Assembly (NCBI GenBank): GCA_963816675.1
Contig: CAWFLS010000005.1
Span: 100,212 to 164,211 of the forward strand
From: an uncultured Chloroflexia bacterium
GTDB taxonomy: Bacteria; Chloroflexota; Limnocylindria; Limnocylindrales; CSP1-4
DNA length: 64,000 nucleotides
Direction of reading: 5' to 3'
Shown here: positions 20,775 through 32,945 of the stretch, piece after piece
Layout of the letters: each line of letters opens with the position of its first letter
How positions within the stretch are numbered: the first letter of the stretch is position 1
Notes under the pieces: model-generated
Seen by the model: only the letters and a program-made list of their open reading frames with translations
The model's database searches: none
What the model was told of the DNA's origin: nothing
Position numbers and translations under genes: made by a program

Positions 20775-23700
20775 ATGCCCCAGTTGCCCACGCCTCGCGG
20801 TTCAAGAAGGACGCGCCTCGCCGCCGTCGTCCTGACATCACTATTGGGTTTCGCGCTGCTACCGGTGTCCGTCTCCGCCGGGGCGATCAACACGGCAGAG
20901 CTGGACAACGGCCAGTGTGTCAGCAACCTACAGATCGGCTCGGACAAGACATCGAGTGCGAGCAACACGCCGTGGTTCCTGGTAACCGCGAACGGTGCCG
21001 GAACGCTGTACCAGCTGTTCGTGGACGGTGTCGGGATCGGCTCCTTCGAAGCGAACCAGTTTGCCCGCGTTTGCGGACAGCAGACCAAGCCGCTGACCGA
21101 TGGCCGGCACACCCTGACGGGGAGTGAGATCCGCTACAACCTCGGATCGATCACCCCGTTCACGTTCTCCGTCGACACAGTGGCGCCGGCGGTGCCATCG
21201 AGCCCCAGCCTCGCCGCATTCAGCGACACCGGCGTCCAGGGTGACAACACGACCTCGACCACGACGCCGTTCTTCTCTGGCACCGCAGAGCCGGGCGTTC
21301 AGATCTTCGTCTACGGGAATGGCAACTTCCTGGGCGGCGCGGTCGCCGACGCAGGCGCCTGGTCGGCCAGGTCGAGCACGCTGGCAAACGGACCGTACAC
21401 GATCATGGCACGGTCGAAGGACCAGGCCGGCAACATGAGCGCGCCCTCGGGGGCGATCAACGTGGTCATCGACACCGTAGCGCCAGCGACTCCTCCGGCA
21501 CCGACCCTTGACCCGGCCTCGGACTCCGCCCCCGTCGGCGACAACACGACAACAGTCACGACACCGACGGTCACAGGGGTCGGAGCAGAAGCCTCTTCGA
21601 CCATCGCGGTATACGTCGATGGCGCGAAGGTCGGCACCACGACATCGAACGCCACCGGCTCTTGGCAGAAGGCTCTGCCCTTCCAGGCGATCGGTACGCA
21701 CAGTGTCACGGCTACGGCCGCTGATCTCGCCGCAAACGCGAGCGGGAATTCCGCCGCCTTGTCTCTGACGATCGGAACCGCGGCCGCGACCGTGCCCGGC
21801 GCCCCGACCCTCATTTCGGCCACGGCCGGCAACGGCCAGGTGTCACTCGCGTGGTCCGCGCCGTCCAACGGCGGTGCCGCGATCACGAGCTACCGGGCGA
21901 CCTCGTCGAGCGGGCTCGCCTGCACCACCGCCGGCCTCGGCTGCACCATCACCGGCCTGACCAACGGCACGAGCTATTCGTTCACGGTCACCGCCACCAA
22001 CAGCGTCGGGACCGGCCCTGCCAGCAACGGGATGTCGGCGACTCCGGTCGCTCCCGCGACCGTGCCCGGCGCACCGACCCTCAACTCGGCCACCGCCGGC
22101 AACGGCGCAGGTGAGCCTGGCCTGGTCGGCGCCCGCCAGCAACGGCGGCGCCGCGATCACGAGCTATCGGGCGACCGCGTCCAACGGGCTCTCCTGCACG
22201 ACCGCCGGCCTCGGCTGCACGATCAACGGCCTGACCAACGGCACGACCTACTCGTTCACCGTCACCGCCACCAACAGCGTCGGCACGGGCCTGCCGTCGA
22301 ACGCCATGTCGGCCACCCCGGTGGCCGCCGCGACCGTCCCCGGCTCCCCGACCCTCAACTCGGCCACTGCCGGCAACGGCCAGGTCAGCCTGACCTGGTC
22401 GGCGCCCGCCAGCAACGGCGGCGCCGCGATCACCAGCTATCGGGCGACGGCCTCCAACGGGCTCTCCTGCACCACCGCCGGCCTCGGCTGCACGATCACC
22501 GGCCTGACCAACGGGATCGCCTACTCGTTCACCGTCACCGCCACCAACAGCGTCGGGACCGGCCTGCCAGCAATGCGCTGTCGGCCACCCCGGTCACTCC
22601 CGCGACGGTGCCAGGCGCCCCGGCCCTCAACTCGGCCAGCGCCGGCAGCGGCGCCGTGACCCTTGCCTGGTCGGCCCCCGCCAGCAACGGCGGCGCCGCG
22701 ATCACGGGCTACACGGTCACCGCGAACAATGGCGCGTCATGCTTGACCGCCGGCCTCAGCTGCACCATCAACGGCCTGACCAACGGCACGACCTACTCGT
22801 TCACCGTCACCGCCACCAACAGCGTCGGCACGGGCCTGCCGTCGAACGCCATGTCGGCCACCCCGGTGGCCGCCGCGACCGTCCCCGGCTCCCCGACCCT
22901 CAACTCGGCCACTGCCGGCAACGGCCAGGTCAGCCTGACCTGGTCGGCGCCCGCCAGCAACGGCGGCGCCGCGATCACCAGCTACCGGGCGACGGCATCC
23001 AACGGGCTCTCCTGCACCACCGCCGGGCTCGGCTGCACGATCACCGGCCTGACCAACGGGATCGCCTACTCGTTCACGCGTCACCGCCACCAACAGCGTC
23101 GGGACCGGCTCTGCCAGCAATGCGCTGTCGGCCACCCCGGTCGCTCCCGCGACGGTGCCAGGCGCCCCGACCCTCAACTCGGCCAGCGCCGGCAGCGGCG
23201 CCGTGACCCTTGCCTGGTCGGCCCCCGCCAGCAACGGCGGCGCCGCGATCACGGCTACACGGTCACCGCGAACAATGGCGCGTCATGCTTGACCGCCGGC
23301 CTCAGCTGCACCATCAACGGCCTGACCAACGGGACGACCTACTCGTTCACCGTCACCGCCACCAACAGCGTCGGCACGGGCCTGCCGTCGAACGCCATGT
23401 CGGCCACCCCGGTGGCCGCCGCGACCGTCCCCGGCTCCCCGACCCTCAACTCGGCCACTGCCGGCAACGGCCAGGTCAGCCTGACCTGGTCGGCGCCCGC
23501 CAGCAACGGCGGCGCCGCGATCACCAGCTATACCGTGACGGTCAGCAACGGAGCCACGTGCCTCACCGGCGGGCTCGCATGCACGATCACCGGCCTGACG
23601 AACGGGACGACCTACTCCTTCACCGTGAGGGCGAGCAACAGCGTCGGAACAGGCTCTGCCAGCAATGCGCTGTCAGCCACCCCGGTCGCTCCCGCCACCC

Positions 23701-25115
23701 CGCCGAGCGCACCGACCCTCAACTCGGCGACCGCCGGGAACGGGCAGGTGAGCCTCGCATGGTCCGCACCCGCCAGCAACGGCGGCGCGGCGATCACGAG
23801 CTATCGGGCAACGGCGTCCAATGGGTTCTCCTGCACGACGGCCGGGCTCAGCTGCACCATCACCGGCCTGACCAACGGGACGACTTACTCGTTCACCGTC
23901 ACCGCCACGAACAGCGTCGGGACCGGCCCTTCGTCGAACGCCCTGTCGGCCACGCCCGTCGCCCCGACGATCCTCCCGAATTCCGCCGGGTGCCCCGACT
24001 CTGATGTCCGCAGTTCCAGGCAACAGCGTGACGATCAGTTGGGCCGAACCGGCGAATGACGGCGGCGCCGCCATCACCGGTTACCGGATCTACCGCGGCA
24101 CGACCAGCGGCGGCGAGACACTCCTCCTCACGGTTCCCCGCATGACGACCTACACGGACGAGACCACCGTTGATGGGACGACCTACTACTTCCAGGTCGC
24201 CGCGGTAAACAGCGCTGGAGAAGGCCCCCGCTCCGGCGAGCTCTCGGCGATGCCGGCGACTGTCCCGGGCGCCCCGACGATCACGTCGGCAACAGCCGGC
24301 AACGGCACCGTGGCCCTCGCCTGGTCAGCGCCGACTAGCGGAGGCGCGCCGATCACGAACTACAGCGTCTTCCGCGGCACGGCCAGTGGCGGAGAAACGC
24401 TGCTGACCACCCTGGGCAACGTCGGAGGTTGGACCGACACCGGCCTCGTCAACGGGACGACGTACTTCTACAAGGTCAGTGCCTCGAACTTCAAGGGCGA
24501 AGGCTCGCGCTCCGGCGAGACGTCGGCGACACCGAAAGCAACCGGGCATCGTCCCGGGCAGCCCGTCGAACGTCGCGGTCAAGCCGAACGATGCAACGGG
24601 GATCCTCCTGTCCTGGAGGGCACCGAACAGCGGCTCAATGCCCATCGTCGGCTACAAGATCTACCGCGGCACAGTCAGCAAGGGCGAGACATTCCTGGCC
24701 ACGGTCGGGCAACGTCGTCACCTTCACCGACACGAACGTCAGGAACGGAACGACGTACTACTACCAGATCACCGCCGTCAACGGGGTCGGCGAGAGCTCG
24801 CCATCGACCGAGAAATCGGCTGCCCGAGGGAACGCGCCAACGGCTCCGCGAAGCCTGGCCGCGACGGCCGGCACGACTAAGGTGACCCTCAAGTGGTCGA
24901 CCCCGGCATCCAACGGCGGCGCCAGCGTAACGAACTACCGGATCTACCGCTCGACCGCATCAGGCGCCGAGACGCTCTTGACGACGGTCGGCAGCACCAC
25001 CAGCTTCGTCGACGGGAACGTGGCCAGAGGCACGCGCTACTACTACCGGGTCGCCGCAGTAAACCCGCTGGGCGAAGGTGCCATGTCCGTCGAGGCGAGC
25101 GCCATTCCGCTCTAG
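20775..25115 (+). CDS. Large secreted protein with Ig-like (Big) domains and about 12 fibronectin type III repeats (frameshifted)
   Basis: Signal peptide; SDTGVQGDNTTSTTTP and DTVAP Big-type motifs; repeated VPGAPTLNSATAGNGQVSLAWSAPASNGGAAITSY...GLTNGTTYSFTVTATNSVG; four divergent C-terminal FN3 domains. Confidence 0.88.
21786..23967 (+). repeat. Eight tandem ~273-bp FN3-coding repeats
   Basis: The conserved antisense ORF start recurs at 21886, 22160, 22433, 22978, 23252, 23524 and 23797 (spacing 272-274, or 545 across two units). Confidence 0.9.
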
Positions 25116-25209
25116 GGTCATCGAGTCCGATCAACGTCGGAGGACGGCACGCATTCGGGGTGCGTGCCGTCTTCGATTCCGGCCATGCTCACGCGGGTAC
25201 GACCGATCG

Positions 25210-25247
25210 AAAAACGAAGAGCCGGCTCACAAGGAGCCGGCTCTTCG
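25210..25247 (-). terminator. Intrinsic terminator between convergent surface-protein genes
   Basis: CGAAGAGCCGGCTC-acaag-GAGCCGGCTCTTCG is a perfect 14-bp stem. The AAAAA on its left gives a U-tract on the minus strand. Confidence 0.8.
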
Positions 25248-25294
25248 ACGGGTCGCCGTGCGACCTCGTACTCGTCGAACGAACGGATCGTTCG

Positions 25295-27747
25295 TCAGTT
25301 CTTGTGGAACTGGTGGTTGCCCTTCAGCAACTGAGCGGGGCCAGCATCGAGCGTGCAGCCGGAGCTGACGATGTGGTATTCGGCGGTGTCGGCCGTGCCC
25401 GGCTCGCCCGCGTCGATCAGGATGAAGTAGATGGTGGCCGGCTGCTTGTTGCACGTTCCCGTGCCGACCGCGTAGCCGAAGCCGTGATATCCGGTGCTGC
25501 CGTTGAAGAGGGTGTTGCCCGCGTAGGTGTCGATGGCCGTGCCGGGCGGCGGCGGCGGCTGCGTCGTCGGGTCGTCAAAGCAGACGACGCTGTTGATGAT
25601 CTTGTCGAGATGGAAGTTGTTGCCGCCATCCCAGTTGATCTCGAGACTCTGGCGCTTGTCGTTCGGGTCACACCGCAGCTCGAAGCCGTGGGTGACGCGA
25701 ACGTTCGGGACGCCATTGATGGTCGCGAAGATGCTGCCGCCGCCGGTCACACGGCCGGAGCTCAGCGACTCCCAGGTCTTCTGGGCGTTCCCGCTGCCGC
25801 CGGCCGCGGTGTTGACCGCGGTGTTGGTGGTCCGCGTGATCGACTCGCCGCCGACCGAGATGTTCGAGGTCGCGGAGACGACCGTCGTGCCCGCCGCGAA
25901 CGAGGTGATCGTCACGGTGCAGCTGGCAGTGGCGCCGCCCCCGGCGTAGTTGCAGGTCGGCGACCCGACGAAGCTGCCAGGCCCGCTCACGATCGATGCC
26001 GTGGCCGTGCCGGCGGCCAGCGTGCCGTTGATGGCGTTGACGGTGATCGTCAGGACATGGGTGGTACCGACGGGGTTTGTCGCCGTCGGCGGGTTGATCT
26101 GGATGTTCGCGTTGACGAACGTCTTGACCGCGTCACCGCTGTTGCCGGCGGAGCCGTCGGTCGCGACGGTGAATGGTGCCGAGCCGTTGACGGAGAGGGT
26201 GCTCGTGGCGTGAGCGGTTACCTGGCCCGCGGACGGCGAGCTGAAGGTGATCGTGCACTGTCCGGCCGCGTTGGTGTTGGCGCCCGCGTTCGTGCAGCGT
26301 CCCTGTCGGGGCGGTGTGGGCCGCGCCGTTGCTGTCGGTCAGCGTCACGTCGACGTGCTGACCGGCGGCCGGCCCGAACGTCCCGGTCCCCGGGTCCACC
26401 TCGAGGGTCACCGTAAAGGTGTGTGGCTCACCCACGGCGTTGGTCGCGTTGGGTGCGATCGAGATGCGGGCGTTGACCCAGGTCTTGACGGCCGGGCCAG
26501 AGTTGCCGCCGTTGCCAGTGGTGGCCCGGGTGAGGGACACGCCGCCGACCGACACCGTCGTCTGGGCAGACACGGTCGTCACCCCGGTGACCAACGAGGT
26601 GAGGTTGATGGTGCAGGAGCCTGTCCCGCCGGACGTGGTGCACGGGTTGGCGCCGCTGAAGCTACCCGGCCCAGAATTCGATGGCGAACGTGATCTGCGT
26701 CCCGTCGGGGGCGGGGACCGAGCCGGTCCCGTCGTTTACGTTGACGTGGGCCGTGAAGGTGTGGGTCGCGCCGACGCGGTTGGTGGCGGTAGGCGTGATT
26801 TGGATGTTGGCGTCGACCACACGGAGCGGCTCGCAGGCGCCGTTCGACGGTGCGGTAGGTCGGCGTCACCCTCGTAGTGGGCCTGGAAGGCGCGCATGCC
26901 CGCGGTGTCGACCGTGAACGCGAAGCCGGTCGCGTCGACTGTGCCATTGGCGGTCAGCGCGATCGGTCCCGAGTTGGCAGCCGGGCTGCCGGTGCAGGTG
27001 CCGTTGAGGAACCAGTCGATGTTGACGTTACCGCTCGGGAATGGCTTGTTGGCCTCGCCGGTGACCGTCACGAAGTCGTGGACCGTCGTGCCGGCGGCGA
27101 CCGTGGTCACCACCGGTGGGCCGCGTTGTGGATGTCGGTGACGGTCGTCGAGGTCAGCGGGACGACGAGGGTCGACGAGCCGGCGCCGCCGATCTGGTCG
27201 CCCTCGGGGCAGTTGTTGGTCCCGCTCGAGCAGGTGTCCTGCCAGATGAGCGAGACGGTGTCGGTCAGCCGGTGATTGGCGTTGACGTCGAAGTCGGCGG
27301 CCTGGATGGTGTAGAAGCTGACGCCCGGGACGCCACCGACGCCGCCGATCCGGATGCGGGTGTCGGCCGGCAGGGTGCAGATGGCGGCCGCCGTGCCCAA
27401 GCCCCGTGCACGACGCGTTGGTCGTCGTGTTGCCGGGCAACTGGTCGAAGCTGATGACCGAGCCGATGCCCGGGATCTGAAGGATGTTGCCCGGATGATG
27501 GCGAGCCCGGCCGGTTGACCACGTCGACCAGCGACGTGATGGTCAGGGTGTCGTCGGCCTCGTCCTGGTTGTTGGTGACGCCGTAGCTGCACCTGTACGG
27601 GTCGCCGACCTTGGTCGCCCCGATGCAGCCCTTGTTCAGGCCGATGCCGTGGTTCTCATCCGCAGCCAGGGCGATGCCCGGGCTGATGGTGAGCGCGACG
27701 AGCATCGCCGCGGCAAAGGTCACTCCGAGTCTTCTCGTTAGGTGCAT
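25295..27747 (-). CDS. Large secreted Thr/Cys-rich repeat protein A (Ig-like modules; C-terminus resembles a post-COAP-1-type domain), frameshifted
   Basis: Signal peptide MHLTRRLGVTFAAAMLVAL...ALA; repeated TNxVGxxHTFT...KTW modules; C-terminal GRVTGGGSI...DAGEPGTAD...GNHQFHKN. Confidence 0.78.
26810..27718 (-). repeat. About 0.9-kb near-identical duplication, copy A (copy B at 51734-52640)
   Basis: Long exact stretches are shared at the DNA level, e.g. the ADENHGIGLNKGCIGATKVGDPYRCSYGVTNNQDEA coding region. Confidence 0.9.
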
Positions 27748-28083
27748 CCAGTTCCTCCTGTGGAGAGCCGATCCCCGGAAAGGCGCCCCTCACAACCCCT
27801 AACCCACGAATACGTGCGGGCTTCCACGCTCGGGAGGTTCAGTGTCCTGCCGATGCACCTTCCTTTCGAGGTCCTGGCGATCAGGACGCGTCTGTCGCCG
27901 ACGTGCGGGATGGTCGGCCACGGCGCCGGTCGGGACCGCGAACAGGCCCTCGTCGTGGAGCCGGCCACGAGTCGGCATTCGACCTTCGTCGGCGGTCGAC
28001 GGATGTTGACCCCCCAGTGGCACATCCCCGTCTGTCGGCGAACACGACGTGCGAGCCGCGGAACGTACCAATGCTCGAGGGTG

Positions 28084-28112
28084 ACGTTAGGAGCGGTCCG
28101 GTACACCGTCAA
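28084..28112 (-). promoter_or_regulatory. Sigma70-type promoter TTGACG-N17-TAACGT for protein A
   Basis: Near-consensus hexamers with exact 17-nt spacing, about 335 nt upstream of ATG 27747. Confidence 0.65.
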
Positions 28113-28198
28113 GGGGTTACGTACCGTGGGGCGTGCTCGCTCCACGCGCGCGGTGCATCTGTGCACCACTTTCCGACAAACGACCGGCCCGTCGCCGC

Positions 28199-28978
28199 CT
28201 ACGGCACCACCCGCCGCAGCCAGGCACCGACCACCAATGCGCCCACAGCAGGGATGGCGGCCCACATGGCGAGGACGAGCATCGTGACCGTGATGATCGC
28301 GCGTACGTCGGCGAGGCTGTCCTCGACAGTCCCCGACCGCAGCTCATCCGACAAGGCGCCGATCTTCGAGCCGAGGACGGCCAGTGAGCTGCCGTTGGCC
28401 GCGAGCCGATCGTGGCCGTTGCGAAGGCTGTCCGCGACTGCGTCAAGCTGACCGTCGACGCCGTCGAGGCTGGCATGGATCGAGCCGACGACATCGGCCG
28501 CCCTCGAGAGCGGCTGCGCGCCGAGGATGTTGATCGCCCGGAACTGGGCTTCGAGGTCGGCGAGGGTGGGCTGGAGCTCGCCGATGCGGCTTCCGACGGC
28601 ATCGACGGCTGCCACCGTCGTCGTGAGTGTCGTCGCGAACGTCCTCGCGGTCTCCGACGCATCGGTCAGCGCCTGCGACGTCGCGTCGAGGGTGTCGGCC
28701 ACCTGCTCGATCCGCGCCGAGGCCCGGTCGGTCAGATCGCCGATCCGCCCACCGACCCAGCCGAGCGCGACGAGTCCGAGCAGCGTCACGATGAGGCCGA
28801 TGACGCCGTAGGCGACCAGTCCGTTGGCGAGCCGATGCAGCCCCGGTCGCAGGACGCCGAGCTCGGCGTACCCGGGGACCAGGACTCGCCCGGCAGGATC
28901 GACGATGGCGGCACCGGGAATGGGCTCCGGAGGTGGCGTCAACACTCGGGCCGTGTCCGAATCCTGCGGCGGGTTCAT
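28199..28978 (-). CDS. Hypothetical membrane protein with a helical/coiled-coil region between two TMs
   Basis: [12 protein letters not shown]..., TM, heptad-rich segment, C-terminal TM; start overlaps the upstream gene's stop. Confidence 0.7.
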   Translation of the reverse strand: MNPPQDSDTARVLTPPPEPIPGAAIVDPAGRVLVPGYAELGVLRPGLHRLANGLVAYGVIGLIVTLLGLVALGWVGGRIGDLTDRASARIEQVADTLDATSQALTDASETARTFATTLTTTVAAVDAVGSRIGELQPTLADLEAQFRAINILGAQPLSRAADVVGSIHASLDGVDGQLDAVADSLRNGHDRLAANGSSLAVLGSKIGALSDELRSGTVEDSLADVRAIITVTMLVLAMWAAIPAVGALVVGAWLRRVVP

Positions 28979-29764
28979 CGCGTCGCGCCCGATCCAACCG
29001 AGGCGCCCAGCTCCACCGAACCGCCGACCTCGGTGGGCACGACCCGCACGTCGGGCGCCAGCTCGGCGGCATGCTCGGCGAACGCGGCCGGCGGTTCCAC
29101 GAGCCGCTCGGGAAAGACGCGACCGAGCGCGTGCGGCCAGTACGTCCCCCAATGGATCGGCACGGCGACCTTCGGCCGGATGAGCTGCAGTGCCTCGGCG
29201 GCCTTCCACGGATCGAGGTGCAGCCCGCGCCCGAGCGTCGGTCCCCAGCCCCAGACCGGGATCAGCGCCACATCGATCGCTTCACCGAAGTCGCCCATCC
29301 CCTGGAACAGGTCCGTGTCACCGGCGAAGTAGATGGTTCGGCTGCCCGCGGATCACGAAGCCTAACGGCGGTGCGGTCGGTCCGAATGGCGGACGGTAGC
29401 CGGAATGAACGGCCGGCACGGCACGGACGACGACACCCCCGACGTCGACCGAGTCCCCGACCCCAAGCTCCCGGACGTCGCGGAACCCCGCGGCCCGCAT
29501 CCACGGGCCCGAGCCAGCCGGAACGAACAGCGGTACGCCGCGTCCGAGGTCGCGCAAGGAGGGCACGTCCAGATGGTCCCAATGCAGGTGCGAGATGAGC
29601 ACGGCGTCGACGTCCACGAGCCGGTCGCGGCCGGGCACCGGCTCCACGCGCCGGAGAGGGCCGACGCGGGCGCGGGTGACCGGGTCGGTGACGATGCGGA
29701 CGCCGTCGATGTCGATGGTGACCGTGGAATGGCCGAGGAACGCGAGGTCCAGCCCCGCCGTCAC
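28975..29764 (-). CDS. MBL-fold metallo-hydrolase (frameshift near 29340)
   Basis: [26 protein letters not shown], and PIHWGT. Confidence 0.88.
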
Positions 29765-31881
29765 CGCCAGGTGCTGCGAGCGGCGTCAGGATAGAGCCGC
29801 ACCCGCCGGTACGGCTCGCGCCCGCGCGACCGCGAGACGAGGTTGGCGCGCTCCGCCATCTGGTGCTGGAGCCGCCGGATGTAGGCGTTCTGTGGCGAGA
29901 GCTCGACCGCCTCGGACGATGACAGCACCGATTCGATCGCGTCTTCGGTCTCGCGCAGCGCGGCCTCGCGAGGGTCGATCTCGAGCGAGAAGATCGAGGT
30001 CAGGCTCGACTGCATCTGGGGGATCGTGTTGCTCTTGAGGACGTAGATCGGCACCGCACGCTCCTCGGCCTCGCGGAGCATCGGCGTCTTCTGCTTGTAC
30101 TCGTTGCGGAGCGTCATGACGACATCCGCCTCGTCGACATCGCGGGCGATGACGACCGGCAGCTGGAGGTCCCGAACGGCCTGCTCGAGGCGCTTGCGGC
30201 TGATGCCCTGCGGCAGCACATGGAGCGTCGGCAGCGGCGAGCCGCCCGGCACGAGGACCGTGCCGCCGTCGGCGCCTTCTTCGGCCCCCAGCGGCAGCGT
30301 GTCGAGATCGTCGTCTTCGAGCTCCTCGGCGTTGACGGGACCCGTCCCGTCCTCCGCCTTGAACGCATCGAGGGCACGGCTCGCCTGCTCCCGCCACGCC
30401 TTCTGACGCTCGAGCTCGCGCGCCTCACGGGCCCGGGTCTCGGCGGCGGTCAGCGTCGCGCCACGCTCCAGCGGCCCGCGGTCGGCGATGTCCCCGACGA
30501 CGAACGGCGCCTCGGGGGCGACTGACGGAGCAGCGCCCCCACGACCGGACGGCGGGGAGGCAAATCGTTCACCCGGCAGGGTGCCGGGGTAGCCACCCTC
30601 CGATGCGGGTCCGCGTGTTGCCGGCTCGCGTCCCGAGCCGCCACGGGACTGCCGCCAGCCGCCGGCCGCGCCCGGCCGGTAGCCGGGCCGGAAGCCACCG
30701 CCACGCTCGGCCTCGCGATAGCCGCCGCCGCGATAGCTGCCCCCATCGCCGCGCCAGCCGGGTTCCATCCGCCACGGCGTCCCGGCGCCGACCAGGCCTG
30801 CAAACCGTTCGGCGCCAAGCTGCTCGCGGGGCGACGGCCGCGGCCGTCCCTGGCTCCGATGCACACCCTCCTCGTCGCGCCAGCGGAGCTCGGGTGAGAT
30901 CTGGTCGCCGCGGAGCATCGCGTCCACTGTGTCCGCCACGTCGGCGTGGACGGTGACGCGTTCTCGATCGACGATCTCCACGATGACATCGAAGGTCGGT
31001 GGCGCCTTCCGCTCGAGGACGCTCTTCTGCGTCCGCCGCCGGCGCGCCTCCTCGTCGCCAAGGGTCACGCTCTGGATGCCGCCGATCAGGTCCGACAGCG
31101 TCGGGTTGAGCATCAGGTTGTCGAGGTTGTTGCCGTGGGCGGTGCCGATCAGCTGGACGCCGCGCTCGGCGATCGTCCGTGCCGCCTGCGCCTCCAGCTC
31201 GGTCCCGATCTCGTCGATGACGATGACCTGCGGCATGTGGTTCTCGACCGCCTCGATCATCACCTCGTGCTGGAGCGACGGCGTGCGGACCTGCATCCGC
31301 CGGGCCTTGCCGATGGCCGGGTGCGGGATGTCGCCGTCGCCTGCGATCTCGTTCGAGGTGTCGACCACGACCACGCGCTTGCCCATGTCATCGGCGAGCA
31401 CGCGCGCGGCCTCGCGGAGCATCGTGGTCTTGCCGATCCCCGGCCGGCCCATGATCAGGATCGACTTCCCTGTTTCGACGAAGTCGTTGATGATCTCGAT
31501 CGTGCCGTACACGGCCCGGCCGATCCGGCATGTGAGCCCGACGACCTTGCCGTTCCGATTGCGGATCGCCGAGATGCGGTGGAGCGTCCGCTCGATCCCC
31601 GCCCGATTGTCGTCACCGAACGAGCCGATGCGCTCCACGACGAACGCGAGGTCCGCATCGACGATCTCCCGTTCGAGGAGCGTCACCTCGGAGTCGGGGA
31701 ACCTCGCCTCGGGGCACCGTCCGAGGTCCATGACCACCTCGATGAGGGCGGCCTTGTCCGGCAGCGCGTGGACGGCCTCGACGATCTCGGGCGGGAGCGC
31801 GCCGAGCAGTGCGTCGAGATCATCGATCGATTCACGCCGGGGGTCGTCGGATGGCACCTTGTCCTCCGTCCTTGGGCTCAT
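29761..31881 (-). CDS. Ycf45/SpoIIIAA-like AAA ATPase with C-terminal R3H domain
   Basis: [42 protein letters not shown], and R3H motif [13 protein letters not shown]. Confidence 0.92.
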   Translation of the reverse strand: MSPRTEDKVPSDDPRRESIDDLDALLGALPPEIVEAVHALPDKAALIEVVMDLGRCPEARFPDSEVTLLEREIVDADLAFVVERIGSFGDDNRAGIERTLHRISAIRNRNGKVVGLTCRIGRAVYGTIEIINDFVETGKSILIMGRPGIGKTTMLREAARVLADDMGKRVVVVDTSNEIAGDGDIPHPAIGKARRMQVRTPSLQHEVMIEAVENHMPQVIVIDEIGTELEAQAARTIAERGVQLIGTAHGNNLDNLMLNPTLSDLIGGIQSVTLGDEEARRRRTQKSVLERKAPPTFDVIVEIVDRERVTVHADVADTVDAMLRGDQISPELRWRDEEGVHRSQGRPRPSPREQLGAERFAGLVGAGTPWRMEPGWRGDGGSYRGGGYREAERGGGFRPGYRPGAAGGWRQSRGGSGREPATRGPASEGGYPGTLPGERFASPPSGRGGAAPSVAPEAPFVVGDIADRGPLERGATLTAAETRAREARELERQKAWREQASRALDAFKAEDGTGPVNAEELEDDDLDTLPLGAEEGADGGTVLVPGGSPLPTLHVLPQGISRKRLEQAVRDLQLPVVIARDVDEADVVMTLRNEYKQKTPMLREAEERAVPIYVLKSNTIPQMQSSLTSIFSLEIDPREAALRETEDAIESVLSSSEAVELSPQNAYIRRLQHQMAERANLVSRSRGREPYRRVRLYPDAARSTWR

Positions 31882-32945
31882 CGGACGCCGGCCGGCACGA
31901 GTGCAGGTTCGGCAACGCGGACGAGCGTTTCCTTCATAAGCAAGTTCACGCTGGCGATCGAATCAAAGCCTGCCTCCTCAAGGCGACGATCGACTGGCGA
32001 TTCATAGGTTCGCACGGGGGCTATCACGCCGTGCTCATGTCGGTGGTCCCCGCCTTTCGTCGTTCTCGCCGCAATGACGCCGAGGCCGAAATCCACGAGG
32101 TCCGACATGTCTGCGCCGGGCCGGGCCACGATCTTCAGGTAATGCGGCTGATCCTCCTTCGCGACGCCGACCTGGAGGAAGCCATCGAGCTCGGTCCCGT
32201 CCTTGCCGCCGTCGGGCGACGTCTCGACGAAGGCTTCGACGTCTGCGAACCGAAGGATCGGGGTCAGGCTCGATCTCGGCACCCGCCAATGCGTTCCCTG
32301 GCGCTCCCAGTCGGCGAGCCGGATGGCCTCGAGGCGGCTCACCGGGGTCGGCGTCGCCGTGGCGTACAGCCGGCTGAGGGCGACGGCATCAAGGTTCGTC
32401 GTGGGCCGGATCCTGCAGCTCGCGGCACGCTCCTCGGGCCATGGGGCCGGCAACGAAAGGCCCGGCCGGCGGGACATGATCCGCTCTTCCCCGTATCGGA
32501 TGAAGCCGGCCTGCATGAACAGCTCGACGTTGCCGTCCGTATCGGCGCAGGCCACGTGGAAGCGTGCGGCCGCCCGCTTGGCACCCTCGCGAAGGAGCTG
32601 CTGGACGAGCCGGTAGCGGATGTCGCCGGCATCGGCCATCCCGACGGCATCGAGCTCGAGGATCGTCCATTCGTCGCGGACGCTCTCGCGCTCCACGCGG
32701 ACGAGGCCCGCGATGTGGCCCTCGTCCTCGTAGACGTACATCAGGTCGTTGGGCCGGAACGCCCCGAGCGGGAGCCGGAACAGGCTGAACACGCCGATCG
32801 GCGGTCCGCTGAGGGGGAGTCCGAGCGAGCGGGTGTTGGCGCTGTCCGACTGGCACAGGCGCGACAGCTCACCGAGCGCTGCGAGATCGGTCAGGCGGGC
32901 GGCGCGAACCTTGCCGACGGGTCGCTTCGTGCGGGATTCCGTCAT
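31878..32945 (-). CDS. Conserved hypothetical protein, possible GNAT-like fold
   Basis: Intact 355-aa ORF translationally coupled between pdxT and the ATPase; ELFMQAGF and RRLEEAGF resemble GNAT ends. Confidence 0.65.
   Translation of the reverse strand: MTESRTKRPVGKVRAARLTDLAALGELSRLCQSDSANTRSLGLPLSGPPIGVFSLFRLPLGAFRPNDLMYVYEDEGHIAGLVRVERESVRDEWTILELDAVGMADAGDIRYRLVQQLLREGAKRAAARFHVACADTDGNVELFMQAGFIRYGEERIMSRRPGLSLPAPWPEERAASCRIRPTTNLDAVALSRLYATATPTPVSRLEAIRLADWERQGTHWRVPRSSLTPILRFADVEAFVETSPDGGKDGTELDGFLQVGVAKEDQPHYLKIVARPGADMSDLVDFGLGVIAARTTKGGDHRHEHGVIAPVRTYESPVDRRLEEAGFDSIASVNLLMKETLVRVAEPALVPAGVR

Noticed and set aside
21786-23967. Repeated 61-aa antisense ORFs (MIAAPPLLAGAD...)
   Set aside because: They are shadows of the FN3 repeats on the opposite strand.
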